Source: an uncultured Gammaproteobacteria bacterium (GTDB taxonomy: Bacteria; Pseudomonadota; Gammaproteobacteria; JACCXJ01). Taken from it: a stretch of DNA of 64,000 nt. The translations under genes and the position numbers were made by a program. Below, piece by piece: positions 17,727-27,954 of the stretch. The stretch's first letter is position 1; the number at the start of each line of letters is the position of its first letter. The stretch spans positions 106,867 through 170,866 of the forward strand of contig CAVXTM010000009.1 of assembly GCA_963764725.1 (NCBI GenBank). The letters run 5' to 3'. A model generated the notes under the pieces. That model was not told where the DNA came from. It made no database searches and saw only the letters and a list, made by a program, of their open reading frames with translations.

Positions 17727-18601
17727 ACCACACTGACTGTCGCGGCGCCAGATGGGGGATCCCCGATTGCTACGTTAGAGGCTCGGTTAGTTAGGCTGAC
17801 GGCATCGTCACCTTTTTTCCACGCCGTGACGCCCAAGTTTATCGCCAAGCTTTCGGCCGCGGGGCCACGAGCCCATTCTAGGGAGTCGGATTTATCCATC
17901 TCCGCGCGTAGTTTTCCAGCAAGTTGCACCGCCGATTCGAGGTTGGTCTCAGGCAAAACCACGAGTATGCTGCTGCCCCCCCAATGGCCAATAATGTCTA
18001 CCCAGCGTAGCCTTTCCTTAAGGAAGCGGGCGGTCTGAATTAGCGCCGCCGCGCGGCCGGATTTGGCACTTGAATTGTTAGGCACTGACTGGCCCAGATC
18101 AATCATGAAAACCGCTAAGGCGTTGTTATAGCGTCGGCTTCTCGATACCTCGGCGACCAACTGCGCCTTCACCGACTGTTGCGTGAGCAACCCGGTATCC
18201 GGGTCAGTTTCGTTCAACGCCGCAGAGACTAAGCTTAAATGCTTGCGTTTTCGGACGATCTCGTAGTGGGTGACATCGACGACGCAAGCCACTTCGAACG
18301 CCTGTCCGGGTTCCATCTGCACGTGGCGGGCAATAAAATTCAACCAGCGTTCTGGGTGACCGGGCGTGGCAGGTAGTTGATAGGTCTCAACCGTTTTGAA
18401 TAGCGTGAGGATCCGGTTCACGGGCAGCTCGTCTCGGGATTTTCCGACGGTGGATTGGTAGGTGACGGCGAGCTGTGAACATAGAGCGTCGTTTGCCCAG
18501 ATTATCGTTCCGCCGTCGTCGGCAACGAATATCCCGATGGGAAGAGATTCTAGGATTTGTAAAGCTACTGCTGGGGAAATTGGAGTTTCTGCTTGGCTCA
18601 T
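17723..18601 (-). CDS. PAS + degenerate GGDEF domain protein
   Basis: PAS-like ILESLPIGIFVAD..IIWAN, DPDTGL, RWVD I-site; active site reads GGSSI. Confidence 0.8.
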   Translation of the reverse strand: MSQAETPISPAVALQILESLPIGIFVADDGGTIIWANDALCSQLAVTYQSTVGKSRDELPVNRILTLFKTVETYQLPATPGHPERWLNFIARHVQMEPGQAFEVACVVDVTHYEIVRKRKHLSLVSAALNETDPDTGLLTQQSVKAQLVAEVSRSRRYNNALAVFMIDLGQSVPNNSSAKSGRAAALIQTARFLKERLRWVDIIGHWGGSSILVVLPETNLESAVQLAGKLRAEMDKSDSLEWARGPAAESLAINLGVTAWKKGDDAVSLTNRASNVAIGDPPSGAATVSVV

Positions 18602-18647
18602 AGGTTCCGAGTGGAGAAGATTATTATGAAGCGGAGAGGCCGATCGC

Positions 18648-18674
18648 TTAGCGGTAAGTTGTACCTTAACTTTA
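18648..18674 (-). promoter_or_regulatory. Putative sigma28 promoter
   Basis: Minus strand TAAA-N15-ACCGCTAA, 46 bp before ATG 18601. Confidence 0.5.
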
Positions 18675-18708
18675 GATCCGCGAGTCCTGCGCGCAAACGG
18701 AGGAGGGC

Positions 18709-19434
18709 TTACGGCCTTGCGCCGACGCAGTTCAGATAAGCTTCTTCTATGCCGGTGGCGCCGAAGTGCTCGCAAAATGCCGCAGGTACGCCTTGGTAAA
18801 GGATCTGTCCCTGGTGTAATACCGCCATTCGGTCGCATAGCGCACCGATGTCAGTGAGCATGTGGCTGGTGAAAAACAACGTAAGCCCCGCTTGTTTGCG
18901 GATCAGCAAATCGCGTTTAAATAACACGCGAGCTTTCGGATCGAGACCACTCATTGGTTCATCCAGCACGTATAGATCTTTGCCACTCAGTAAAGTTGCT
19001 GCAAGACCGAGTTTTTGCGCTGTCCCTTTCGACAGATGTCGCACCGGATTTCGCAACACTGACGGATCCAGATCCAGGGTATGTAGGGTTGCCTCAACTT
19101 TGTTCAATTGCCAAGGCTGGCGGTGCAGTGCGTTCATGAAGCGAAGAAACTCGTTGCCTGTGGCAAAATTCGGCGGGATAAACTGCTCCGGAAGAAATGC
19201 AAGGCGGGATCTTGACGCGGGTTGGGAGTGCGGGAGACCAAAGATGTCGATAGATTCGCCGCCGGCATCACAAAGATCCAAGAGGCATTTGATCAAGGTC
19301 GTCTTACCGGCGCCGTTGATCCCAACGAGGCCGAGGAACTCACCTTCACGGACACGGAGATCAACGTTTTCCAAGACGCGCAGCTTTCCGAACCGCTTCG
19401 ATGCGCCCTTGAAGTGTATTGCTGCGCGATCCAC
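18709..19434 (-). CDS. ABC transporter ATP-binding protein
   Basis: GINGAGKTT, LSKG signature, VLDEPMSGLD, SH switch. Confidence 0.92.
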   Translation of the reverse strand: MDRAAIHFKGASKRFGKLRVLENVDLRVREGEFLGLVGINGAGKTTLIKCLLDLCDAGGESIDIFGLPHSQPASRSRLAFLPEQFIPPNFATGNEFLRFMNALHRQPWQLNKVEATLHTLDLDPSVLRNPVRHLSKGTAQKLGLAATLLSGKDLYVLDEPMSGLDPKARVLFKRDLLIRKQAGLTLFFTSHMLTDIGALCDRMAVLHQGQILYQGVPAAFCEHFGATGIEEAYLNCVGARP

Positions 19435-19506
19435 CGTCTTGCCGAACGGACGCGTAAGCCGAAAAAACCCGCCGGCAATTTCTATCCTATCTGCCCAGAT
19501 TGGGTA

Positions 19507-20268
19507 TTAATAGAGGAAATATCCGTTGCAGTCAGCGGAAGCACCATTAATATTCCAAATGGAGGGAGTAGTAGCAGTACCTACAGTGACACAAGCGGTC
19601 GTGGCGTCCGAACCACCCACGTTTCCAAACGATGTCGATGTATCGGTTAGCGGTGCCGACCGCAAAATCCCGCTATCGGGCAAGCTATCGTCCACCTTTA
19701 CATCCATCTCCCGCATAACATTGACCGGGACGTTGCGTCCCGTGATGAGGTGTAAACGAGGTGCCTGACCCGGGGCAGCGGGCCGATAATCGTTGGTGCG
19801 CGCAAGAAGCAAAAACCCGTTCCAAGGATTTCTCGGTGCTGCAGGCGTTGCCGTGCTTACATAAGCGCCTTCAGCATTGGCAGTCCCTGGATAGTTACCC
19901 TGCAAGAATCCTGCGAACGTCATATGTGACCAGGCTGCCGCAGCTTCGCTCCAAACGGTAGCGTCTATTTGCCCGTTGCCGCCCGGCGCGGCAGCAGCAC
20001 CGCCCACACCGGCTGGACAGCTCCATGCCGGATTGTTACCAATAGCGCCGCAGACCTGGCTTGCCAGCATATCCCCCGGCACCGCACGGTAACGGTCGAC
20101 GAACCCGTAGTAGGCGGCTTGCACGCTCGCGGCTTGATCGGCGAGATTCCGTACCCGCGCCGCGGTTATCAATTCTTGACCCTTCAAGATACCGCCGAGC
20201 AGCAGCCCGATAATGACCAGCACGATGGCGATTTCCACCAAAGTGAAACCCCGTTGCTTCTTTACCAT
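19507..20268 (-). CDS. Type IV prepilin/pseudopilin-like protein
   Basis: KQRG|FTLVEIAIVLVIIGLLLGG class III signal peptide with E5; C-terminal Cys pair. Confidence 0.9.
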   Translation of the reverse strand: MVKKQRGFTLVEIAIVLVIIGLLLGGILKGQELITAARVRNLADQAASVQAAYYGFVDRYRAVPGDMLASQVCGAIGNNPAWSCPAGVGGAAAAPGGNGQIDATVWSEAAAAWSHMTFAGFLQGNYPGTANAEGAYVSTATPAAPRNPWNGFLLLARTNDYRPAAPGQAPRLHLITGRNVPVNVMREMDVKVDDSLPDSGILRSAPLTDTSTSFGNVGGSDATTACVTVGTATTPSIWNINGASADCNGYFLY

Positions 20269-20443
20269 AATGAAATTCTCCTATTAGGACGATAGTATTG
20301 TGCAGGCCCTATACCATGTTATCATATCGTTGATAATGAAGCATATTATCGCTTCCTTTCTGGCCCGATGACCCCGCGGGCTGTCGGTTCTTTAAGACAA
20401 TCGTCGAATGATCCACAACATTTCCAGAATCAACCGGTATCGG

Positions 20444-21172
20444 TCACTTGTTCCTGGGCGGAGGATCACGTTGGGGCGGTTGCAGTTGATTTAAGCGCAA
20501 AGTAAGGAATTGGATCTCATCCGGATCGGTCACTGTGCCGCTTTCGAGCAAGGCCCCAAGTAATACCCTAGCGGTTTCGATTTCGCCCATGTCTTCGAGA
20601 ACAAAGATATGCATCTGCTTCGCCCAGTGCGGCACGTCCTTGCCGGTGGCATAGCGCGCGATTGCCTGGGCATAACGCAGTGCCAGGGGTAAGTCGGCGA
20701 GGCGGTGCTTGGCCAGCACCGCGGCGTGTGCGAGCCAAGGCCAGCGCCGGTTAGGATCGTCCAGAAACCGCTGGTACACGAATTCGAGCATTTGCCGCTG
20801 TTTGACTGGCGTCGGAACCTCGGCGTACAACCGGCTCGCGGCGAGCAACGGGTATTGAGAGCGTGGGGCAAGCGTTAAAATCGCATCGAGCCAACCGATG
20901 ACATGGCCATAGTTCAAGTTCCGGAAGGGGATACTAATGCCCGGCTGGTTATCGAAGGCCTGTAGCCAGAGCATGAGGACCCGTCCGAGCGCCTCTGGTT
21001 CCCCGAAGCCCGCAACGTTTAAGACGTCGATCCGCGGAGGCGACGGCAGCGCGCGGGCGATCGCTTGTGAGGGAGGCTGTTGAGTTTGCCAGAGGATCTG
21101 CAAGGCAAGGCCGCAACACAGTGATAACAATACCGGCACCGGCACCTCACGCAGTGGACGTTCTCTCGCCAT
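20444..21172 (-). CDS. Membrane-anchored helical accessory protein of the ABC/pilin module
   Basis: N-terminal TM followed by a helical-repeat-like body; lies between permease and pilin. Confidence 0.65.
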   Translation of the reverse strand: MARERPLREVPVPVLLSLCCGLALQILWQTQQPPSQAIARALPSPPRIDVLNVAGFGEPEALGRVLMLWLQAFDNQPGISIPFRNLNYGHVIGWLDAILTLAPRSQYPLLAASRLYAEVPTPVKQRQMLEFVYQRFLDDPNRRWPWLAHAAVLAKHRLADLPLALRYAQAIARYATGKDVPHWAKQMHIFVLEDMGEIETARVLLGALLESGTVTDPDEIQFLTLRLNQLQPPQRDPPPRNK

Positions 21173-21184
21173 GACACGTAACTC

Positions 21185-21964
21185 CTAGAAGTTCTTTCGG
21201 TACAAGTCGAATAGACCCGCGCCAATGAGCAGCACGAGGTAAATGATTGTTTGTCCGATGATCGCGACAAGGTCCAGTCCAGCGGGGGCACCGTAGATGA
21301 GCCATTGGCTAGAGGTGTAGCGATCGAGATCGGGGAGCAGGAAGGCGAGGGTGTCGATCACGTTACTGATGAACCGCTGCGATGGGGCTGAGGGATCGGC
21401 CATCGGACCGTGACCGATGAGCTGAATCGACCCGATGGTACGGGCGAGGACATAAAAACCGACTACGCTGCTTAACGCGATTGTGGCTTGCCGAAAGGTG
21501 AATAGGCAGACCATGCTGACACTCGCGACGATGAACAATTCACAGGCGAGAGATAGGACCCACGGCGCGACACGCTGGGCAGGCGAATACAGCAGCAGGC
21601 ATAATCCGATCAACGCTGCGACCACTATTGCGGTGCCGGAGAAACCGAGAAGCCTGCCGAAGAAGTAGCTTGCTCTCGAGATCGGTAGGGACAGCAGGAG
21701 ATCTAGACTCTTTTCGTGTTGTTCGCGGAGCATGCTCATCGTCACGAACAAGCTGGTCAGGATCACGGCGAAGAAACGCAATGCGCTGCTTAGTATGCTG
21801 ATCTTGGTTTCCGCGCTTTCCGTGATTGCGACCTCCCCGATAAATTCGGCGAGGCCAAAAAGCGAAACCAGGGCCGCTAGCACGAGCGAAATGAGTCTAT
21901 TCTGAATCGCTTCCCGAAGCGTAAACAAGGCGATAGTTAAGATTGCGCGAAGATGCATACGCAT
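21185..21964 (-). CDS. ABC-2 type permease
   Basis: IALFTLREAIQNR, multiple TMs, LLSLPISRASYFFGRLLG. Confidence 0.88.
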   Translation of the reverse strand: MRMHLRAILTIALFTLREAIQNRLISLVLAALVSLFGLAEFIGEVAITESAETKISILSSALRFFAVILTSLFVTMSMLREQHEKSLDLLLSLPISRASYFFGRLLGFSGTAIVVAALIGLCLLLYSPAQRVAPWVLSLACELFIVASVSMVCLFTFRQATIALSSVVGFYVLARTIGSIQLIGHGPMADPSAPSQRFISNVIDTLAFLLPDLDRYTSSQWLIYGAPAGLDLVAIIGQTIIYLVLLIGAGLFDLYRKNF

Positions 21965-21983
21965 TTCGGAGGCCGAACGCTAA

Positions 21984-22343
21984 GGAAGCTCCGAACAAGT
22001 AATCAAAAATGGTTTCGCAGCATGCATACGAATCGATTTCAGACGAAAACGCGGCCTTGAGGCCGGTTTTTTCATCGTTCAGGGGGCTGCACAAAGTAGA
22101 TGCGCAGCATCATCTGCAGCTCCTTCGGCGGGCGACCGTCCCCGGCCTTCGGGTACACCGGCCAAATCAGCGCACACAGCTCGCCCCACGGCACAATGCG
22201 GTCCATCTCGGTGAGAAATATCTCTCGACGCGTGGTCTTGCTGTACTTCTCGAAACCCGTGCCCAGTGTCATCTGTTTGCTCATTGTCGTCCTCGACTCT
22301 GTTCGGTCAACCTAATCAGATCGTGGACTTTTGCAGAGGTTCC
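21984..22343 (-). mobile_element. Internally deleted IS5-family element (360 bp)
   Basis: Ends GGAAGCTCCGAACAAG / GGAACCTCTGCAAAAG; CTAA duplicated at 21980-21983 and 22344-22347. Only the transposase N-terminus remains (22072-22284, TRREIFL...VPW...GRPP...MLRIYF). Confidence 0.88.
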
Positions 22344-24315
22344 CTAAGCTAATCAGCATCCTGATCGTGTGCGGAAAGCTGATGAATCAAACGGCCGTAT
22401 AATTCTATTCTACCCTTGATACCGCGCGAATTTCACGTGGCTGCATTCCCAGGACATCTCTCTGCCAAGAACGAATACCGTATTCTCTCGGCGATGCTGT
22501 TGCTACTCCATCTCGCCGTGTGGTGGGATTCCGGCAGCATGACATCGCGCTCCCTGCTATTAGCGCATGCCGGGGTATTTCTTATTTGGCAGCCGTTCTT
22601 GCGGCTAGAGAAGCGGTTTGGTGCTATTTTCGCTGGTTTCGATCGGTCTAGGTATTGGTTGGACCGCTGGTTGTTTTTCTGTTGGTTCCTATTGTTGATC
22701 GGGCTAATAAGCGGACTTCCAGGCTATCGCCATTATCGGCACTCCTTTCGAGCAATGGTTGTCGGAACTGGCGAAATTAGCGGACCAGCAGCAGTCCCCG
22801 TACGAATTTTTCGAGGTGTCAATCAACAAACTTATCCGCTTACCGTGGTTTGAAGGCGTCGCTTGGGTAACCAAGACGGCGAGCGCAGAGATTGGGCGCG
22901 TGTCGGAGCATAGCACGACGTTTAGGGCCGGCGACGTGAGCGTCATTTTGTATGCGCGCCGGCCGATGGGGCCAGGCTTATTACTGCATTGCAACCTGTT
23001 GGTGGAGGTGTTGGTCCAGTTTCATCTTGCGAAACTCCGCGAGCTGGAGCTCGCGAATCGTACCCACCTCCAGGCCATTTATGAAACTGGGGCGCGCGTC
23101 GCGCACGACATGAAAAATTCACTGCAGTCGCTGCATACACTGACGAGTGCCTTGAAGCTCGATGATAAGGACGATGATCAAGCCGTATCGACGCAGCCGC
23201 GTACAACACTCATTCTAAGAGGGCCAACTACCGCTTATCATTCAGCGCCTGCGAGAAATAGTCAAATGTTGTGTACGGAGCTAGGTTAGGCGGCGATTCT
23301 TTCGGGGTCTTCCCATAGGCCGTCTTTGAAAATAACTCCCTCGATGACTTGAGCGAGGCGGGGAATTCCATACAGTTTCCGCCAATGTCGCTCGGCACTT
23401 TTTACCAACATGAATACCATCGCCAAAATGCTTTCTCGAGACACGCAGCCGCGGGTTTTGTTGGTGCGCAGCCGGACCGTAGCAAAGGTGGATTCGATCG
23501 GATTCGTGGTCCGAAGATGGATCCAGTGCTCTGCCGGAAAATCGTAGAAGGCCAACAGTGACCCCCGATCTTTTTCCAAACACTCCGCAGCTTTCGGATA
23601 CTTGGGACGGTAGAGGATCAGAAAGCGATCGAAGGCGCGCTCGGCCTCCTGCCGGGTGGCTGCCATCCAGATCTCCTGCAGCGCCGCCTTGGCCTTAGGT
23701 TGCTGGCTCTTGGGTAGCTTGTTGAGCACGTTGGCAGTCTTGTGTACCCAACAGCGTTGACCACGGGTCATGCCGAAGACTTGCGGTAATGCCTTCCAGA
23801 ATCCCAAGGCCCCATCGCCGGTGGCCAGATGCGGATCGAGCTTCAAGCCACGGGCTTTCAGATCCAATAGCACTTCCCGCCAGGACGCTTCACTTTCCCG
23901 ATAGCCATCGGCGAGCGTCACCAATTCTTTCTTACCCTCAGCCGTGCTCGTCTTGCCATACCGCCTTGAGCCGACCGATCGTGCTGGCCGACAAGCCCGG
24001 CGCCTCTCGCCCCAACAAAGCCGTCAGCGCCTCCTGAAAATCACCTGTCGAGATCCCCTTCAAGTATAACCAGGGCAATAGTTCCTCCAGCGTCTTGGTG
24101 CGCCGTATATAGGGTGGCAATATCGAGGAGTTATACCGGATCGTCTTTTCCCGGTCCCGAACCCGCGGTATTTTCACCTCCACCGCTCCCACACCGGTTT
24201 GTATCGTCCGTCCCGGCAGATGACCGTTACGTACCACACGCTGGCGTCCTTCCGCCGTTTCCTGTCCCATGAAACCTTCCAGAAAAACCGCAACTTCCGC
24301 TTCAATCGCAGCCGC

Positions 24316-25477
24316 TAGTGTAATGCTTCTGAATTGATGGAACTATATGCCTTCCGGTCGATCTGATCTAGAGATCGAACGAGGAGGCGAACATGCGAAC
24401 AGCCGGTGTAATTGAGCTTACAGATGAACAACGGCAACAACTGCAACGATGGACCCGGTCGAGCACGGTCAGCGTGCGTCTGGCGCGGCGGGCACGGATA
24501 ATCCTGTTGGCGGCCGAAGGTATGGACAACCACCAGATCGCAGGAGAGGTAAGCGTTGGGCGAATTCAAGTGGGTCGTTGGCGCAAGCGCTTTGCGCAAA
24601 GCGGGCTTGCAGGCATTGAAGCCGATTTGCCGCGTAGCGGCCGCAAGCGCCGCATCAACGCTGCCAAGGTCGTGCGCCTGACCACCCAGAGCACACCGCA
24701 AGGCGCCACCCACTGGAGCACGCGCACGCTGGCGGCAAGGGTCGGGATCAGCGACAGCAGCGTGCTGCGGATCTGGCGCGCCAATGGGCTCAAGCCGCAT
24801 TTGGTCGAGACCTTCAAGGTCTCGCGCGACCCGCAATTTGTCGAGAAGCTCGAAGACATCGTCGGACTGTATTTGTCGCCGCCTGAACATGCGCTGGTGC
24901 TCTGCTGCGACGAGAAGAGTCAAGTGCAGGCCCTGGACCGTACCCAGCCTGGGTTGCCGTTGAAGAGGGGCCGCGCGGGTACGCTGACCCACGACTACAA
25001 ACGTCATGGCACCACGACGCTGTTTGCCGCGCTGAACACGCTCGATGGCTCGGTCATCGCTCGCTGTAATAATCGCCACCGTCACCAAGAATGGCTGACC
25101 TTCTTGCGCCAGATTGATCGGGAAACCCCAAAGGGCAAAGCCCTGCATCTGATTTGCGACAACTACGCCACGCATAAGCATCCCACGGTCCGGGCGTGGC
25201 TCGCGAAACATCCGCGTTTCCAGGTGCATTTCACCCCGACCTCGGCCTCTTGGCTCAATATGGTCGAACGGTTTTTCCGCGACATCACGACCGAACGCCT
25301 GCGCCGCGGTGTATTCCGCAGCCTCCCCGAACTTATCAGCGCCATCCAGGACTATATCGCCGTGCATAACCATGACCCCAAGCCCTTCGTCTGGACCGCC
25401 AAGGCCAACGACATTCTGCAAAAGGTCATTCGTGCCAATCACCGCTTAAGTTCCAAGAAAAACGAAGCACTACACTA
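24316..25477 (+). mobile_element. IS630-family element
   Basis: IRs TAGTGTA(A/G)TGCTTC at both ends; inserted at CTAG with TA duplication. Confidence 0.93.
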
Positions 25478-25478
25478 G
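24393..25478 (+). CDS. IS630 transposase (intact)
   Basis: HTH region, CCDEKS, HDYKRHGT, DNYATHK, SWLNMVERFF. The stop TAG comes from the target site. Confidence 0.95.
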   Translation: MRTAGVIELTDEQRQQLQRWTRSSTVSVRLARRARIILLAAEGMDNHQIAGEVSVGRIQVGRWRKRFAQSGLAGIEADLPRSGRKRRINAAKVVRLTTQSTPQGATHWSTRTLAARVGISDSSVLRIWRANGLKPHLVETFKVSRDPQFVEKLEDIVGLYLSPPEHALVLCCDEKSQVQALDRTQPGLPLKRGRAGTLTHDYKRHGTTTLFAALNTLDGSVIARCNNRHRHQEWLTFLRQIDRETPKGKALHLICDNYATHKHPTVRAWLAKHPRFQVHFTPTSASWLNMVERFFRDITTERLRRGVFRSLPELISAIQDYIAVHNHDPKPFVWTAKANDILQKVIRANHRLSSKKNEALH

Positions 25479-25979
25479 CATCCGTTGGGCACCCGCCCGC
25501 AGAATCTCTGTGAGCGCATCCGCGACCGGAGCCGGCGTCCCTGGATTCTTCAACGCAACTACTTTATCTTCACTCATGGCGTATTCACTCCTTTCAGTAG
25601 GAATTGATGACCTTGAAGACCATCAAGAATACGCCGCCTCCTTTACTCCTTCATCCACAACTTTCAATCATAACTCCGCATACGGCGATCCCAGCCGATT
25701 TATTCGATAGCGTGATCGACAACTTGCTGGGAAACGCCTACATCAAACGACGTGCAGAAACTGGCATAGGGATTACCGTGACTCTTCAATCCGAGGTGAG
25801 GAGTGTTTGTCTGAGGGTATGCGATCAGGGTAGCGCCATTGCTGCAGCCCGAGCCAATGAACTTTTTTAAGCAGCCTGTATTATCATATAGTGGAGTGGG
25901 TATCGGACTTTACCAGGCCGGGCAGCAAGCCGAACTCTCTGGATACACGCTTGCGCTGAGTGAAAACAAGCCTGGCCGG

Positions 25980-27358
25980 GAGCTTCCGTCAAGAGGTGTG
26001 TAAATAAGTTCAGGCGGCCTTTCTGATGGTGTCATTATTTGTTCGTATTCCATCGGCGAATGCGACGCCGTTATAGATGTCTTTCAGTAGCTCGGTGGCG
26101 TTGAGCCGGCGGAAAGTCGTTTCAGCGACCATCATGATTTTCCAGATCAGGGCGGTGGCGTTATCGACTTTCTTGAACCGCTTGGCCGCATTGGTACGTA
26201 GCCGCACAGCGGCGAAGGGCGATTCGATCGGATTGGTGGTTCGCAAGTGGATCCAGTGTTCTTTGGGATAGCGGTAGAACGCCACCATGCGCTCCCAGTC
26301 GTGATCGAGAAGCTCAGCGGCGGCTTGGAAGCCTTGTTGACGGCACCAGCGTTGGAAGGTCGCTTTGGCCTTCTCCGCTTCTTGGCGGGTAGGGGCATAG
26401 GGGATCGGACAGAGCAGCGCTTTCGCTTCGGCCTGGCGTTTCTTCGGAAGCTTATCCAAGAGGTTTAAAATGCGATGATTCCAACAGCGCTGTTCCTCGG
26501 CCTCGGGATACACCTCGGCCAGTCCACCCCAAATCCCCAGATGTCCATCACCGACCACCAGGCGCGGTGCACGTAGGCCACGTTTCTTCAAATCCCGTAA
26601 CACCGCCGACCAACTCTCGGTGGATTCCCGAAACCCGGGGGTGATGGCTAAAAAGGCCTTGCGCCCATCGCTCAGGCCCGCCACGACCACTAAGAGCGCG
26701 GCCTTCTCCTTCTCCAATCCCGCCTTGACATACACCCCGTCTACCCACAAATAAACGACCCCCAACTCCGCGAGAGGCCGTTGATTCCAAAGCGCATATT
26801 CCCCCGCCCACTTCGCTTTCAGCCGCGCCACCGAACCCCCCGAAAGCGGCGCCCCATCCCCGAGCAGCCCCCGCAGCGCAAGCTCAAAGTCGCCCAGGGA
26901 TAACCCATGGAGATACAACGTGGGAAGTAACTCCGCCACCGTCTCCGTGCGGCGGACAAATAAAGGCAACAACCTGCTCTCAAAGCGCTCCTCCACCCCT
27001 CGCACCCGCGGCCTCGCAAGCTCCACCGTCCCACAGCTGAGGCCCAACTTCCGTACCTTCCCATACCCATTGCGGTACCCGCCCGGGCCGTCTATCTCCG
27101 CCCGACGCTCCGATTTCTCTCGCCCTAAGAACACGGTGACTTCCTCTTCGAGCAGATCTTGCAAATACCCTTGAATCCGCCCACGGACCCATTCCTCGAG
27201 ATTCTCCCATACCACACTTGACCTACCCACTCCTTCGGTGCTTTGCTTCTTCATGGCGGTGTGCTCCTTTCTCTCGGGCCTGCCAGCCCGTTCTTTGTTA
27301 ATTACTACAGAAAGGGTACATCGCCTTCACCTTTTTACACACCCTTTGATGGTACCTC
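25980..27358 (-). mobile_element. IS256-family element (intact)
   Basis: IRs GAGCTTCCGTCAAGAGGTGTGTAAA / GAGGTACCATCAAAGGGTGTGTAAA; 8-bp TSD CTGGCCGG (25972-25979, 27359-27366). Confidence 0.93.
26010..27254 (-). CDS. IS256 transposase
   Basis: YRNGY, YLWVDG, VGDG, QRCWNH, LRTTNPIES. Confidence 0.95.
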   Translation of the reverse strand: MKKQSTEGVGRSSVVWENLEEWVRGRIQGYLQDLLEEEVTVFLGREKSERRAEIDGPGGYRNGYGKVRKLGLSCGTVELARPRVRGVEERFESRLLPLFVRRTETVAELLPTLYLHGLSLGDFELALRGLLGDGAPLSGGSVARLKAKWAGEYALWNQRPLAELGVVYLWVDGVYVKAGLEKEKAALLVVVAGLSDGRKAFLAITPGFRESTESWSAVLRDLKKRGLRAPRLVVGDGHLGIWGGLAEVYPEAEEQRCWNHRILNLLDKLPKKRQAEAKALLCPIPYAPTRQEAEKAKATFQRWCRQQGFQAAAELLDHDWERMVAFYRYPKEHWIHLRTTNPIESPFAAVRLRTNAAKRFKKVDNATALIWKIMMVAETTFRRLNATELLKDIYNGVAFADGIRTNNDTIRKAA

Positions 27359-27522
27359 CTGGCCGGGTATGTTTCTCGCTGTCCGCCAAGGCTACAGCCT
27401 GGACCTAGAAGCCAAGCATCGAAAGCAATGAATCCACTTCGTCATGAGTTGAAACCTTTTTCCTCACCCCCCATGGTGAGTGCGGATCCTGTGGCACGAA
27501 CGAGTACGCTGTCGAATTGGTT

Positions 27523-27909
27523 TTAGGTCTTAACGCGCTCCCATATCTTCTCAATCTTTTCTTTTAGCGTATTAGCCGTGAAGGGTTTTACGATATAGCC
27601 GTTGACGCCGACCAGCGCCGCCTCAACCACTTGATCGCGCTTGGATTCCGCGGTGACCATGAGCACCGGCAAAGTGCTTAGACGGATATCTGACCGAATC
27701 GCTTTCAGTAGATGAAGGCCGCTCATGCCAGGCATGTTCCAATCGGTGATCACGAAGTCAAAACCGCCGCTTTGAAGCAACGGTAGCGCGCTATTACCGT
27801 CATTCGCCTCGTCGGTGTTCGAAAACCCTAGCTCTCGCAATAGCATCTTAATAATGCGCCTCATGGTAGAAAAGTCATCTACTATCAGAATTCTCATGTC
27901 TTTGTTCAT
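27523..27909 (-). CDS. cheY: Chemotaxis response regulator CheY
   Basis: [30 protein letters not shown]. Confidence 0.95.
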   Translation of the reverse strand: MNKDMRILIVDDFSTMRRIIKMLLRELGFSNTDEANDGNSALPLLQSGGFDFVITDWNMPGMSGLHLLKAIRSDIRLSTLPVLMVTAESKRDQVVEAALVGVNGYIVKPFTANTLKEKIEKIWERVKT

Positions 27910-27954
27910 GCATACCTCCTAACGCACCACGCCGACGATCGGGGCTACTAAGAT

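Larger units (their letters stand above)
23253..25676 (-). mobile_element. IS256-family element, inactivated (IS630 insertion plus internal deletion)
   Basis: IRs GAGAAATAGTCAAATGTTGTG / GAGTTATGATTGAAAGTTGTG. Transposase 25577->23286 in pieces: RNGHLP, PRVRDR, DGALGFW, QRCWVHK, LRTTNPIES. Confidence 0.9.
22416..27408 (+). pseudogene. Membrane sensor histidine kinase broken by IS insertions and frameshifts
   Basis: Pieces: TM region and H-box GARVAHDMKN (to 23252); N-box DNLLGNA, DQG, GVGIGLYQ (25677-25979); C-terminus VCFSLSAKATAWT* (to 27408). Confidence 0.82.

Noticed and set aside
24315-25442. 375-aa minus-strand ORF spanning IS630
   Set aside because: Antisense shadow of the transposase; no recognisable domain.
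23243-25686. Target-site duplication for the first IS256
   Set aside because: Flanks GCGCCTGC and CGCATACG do not match.
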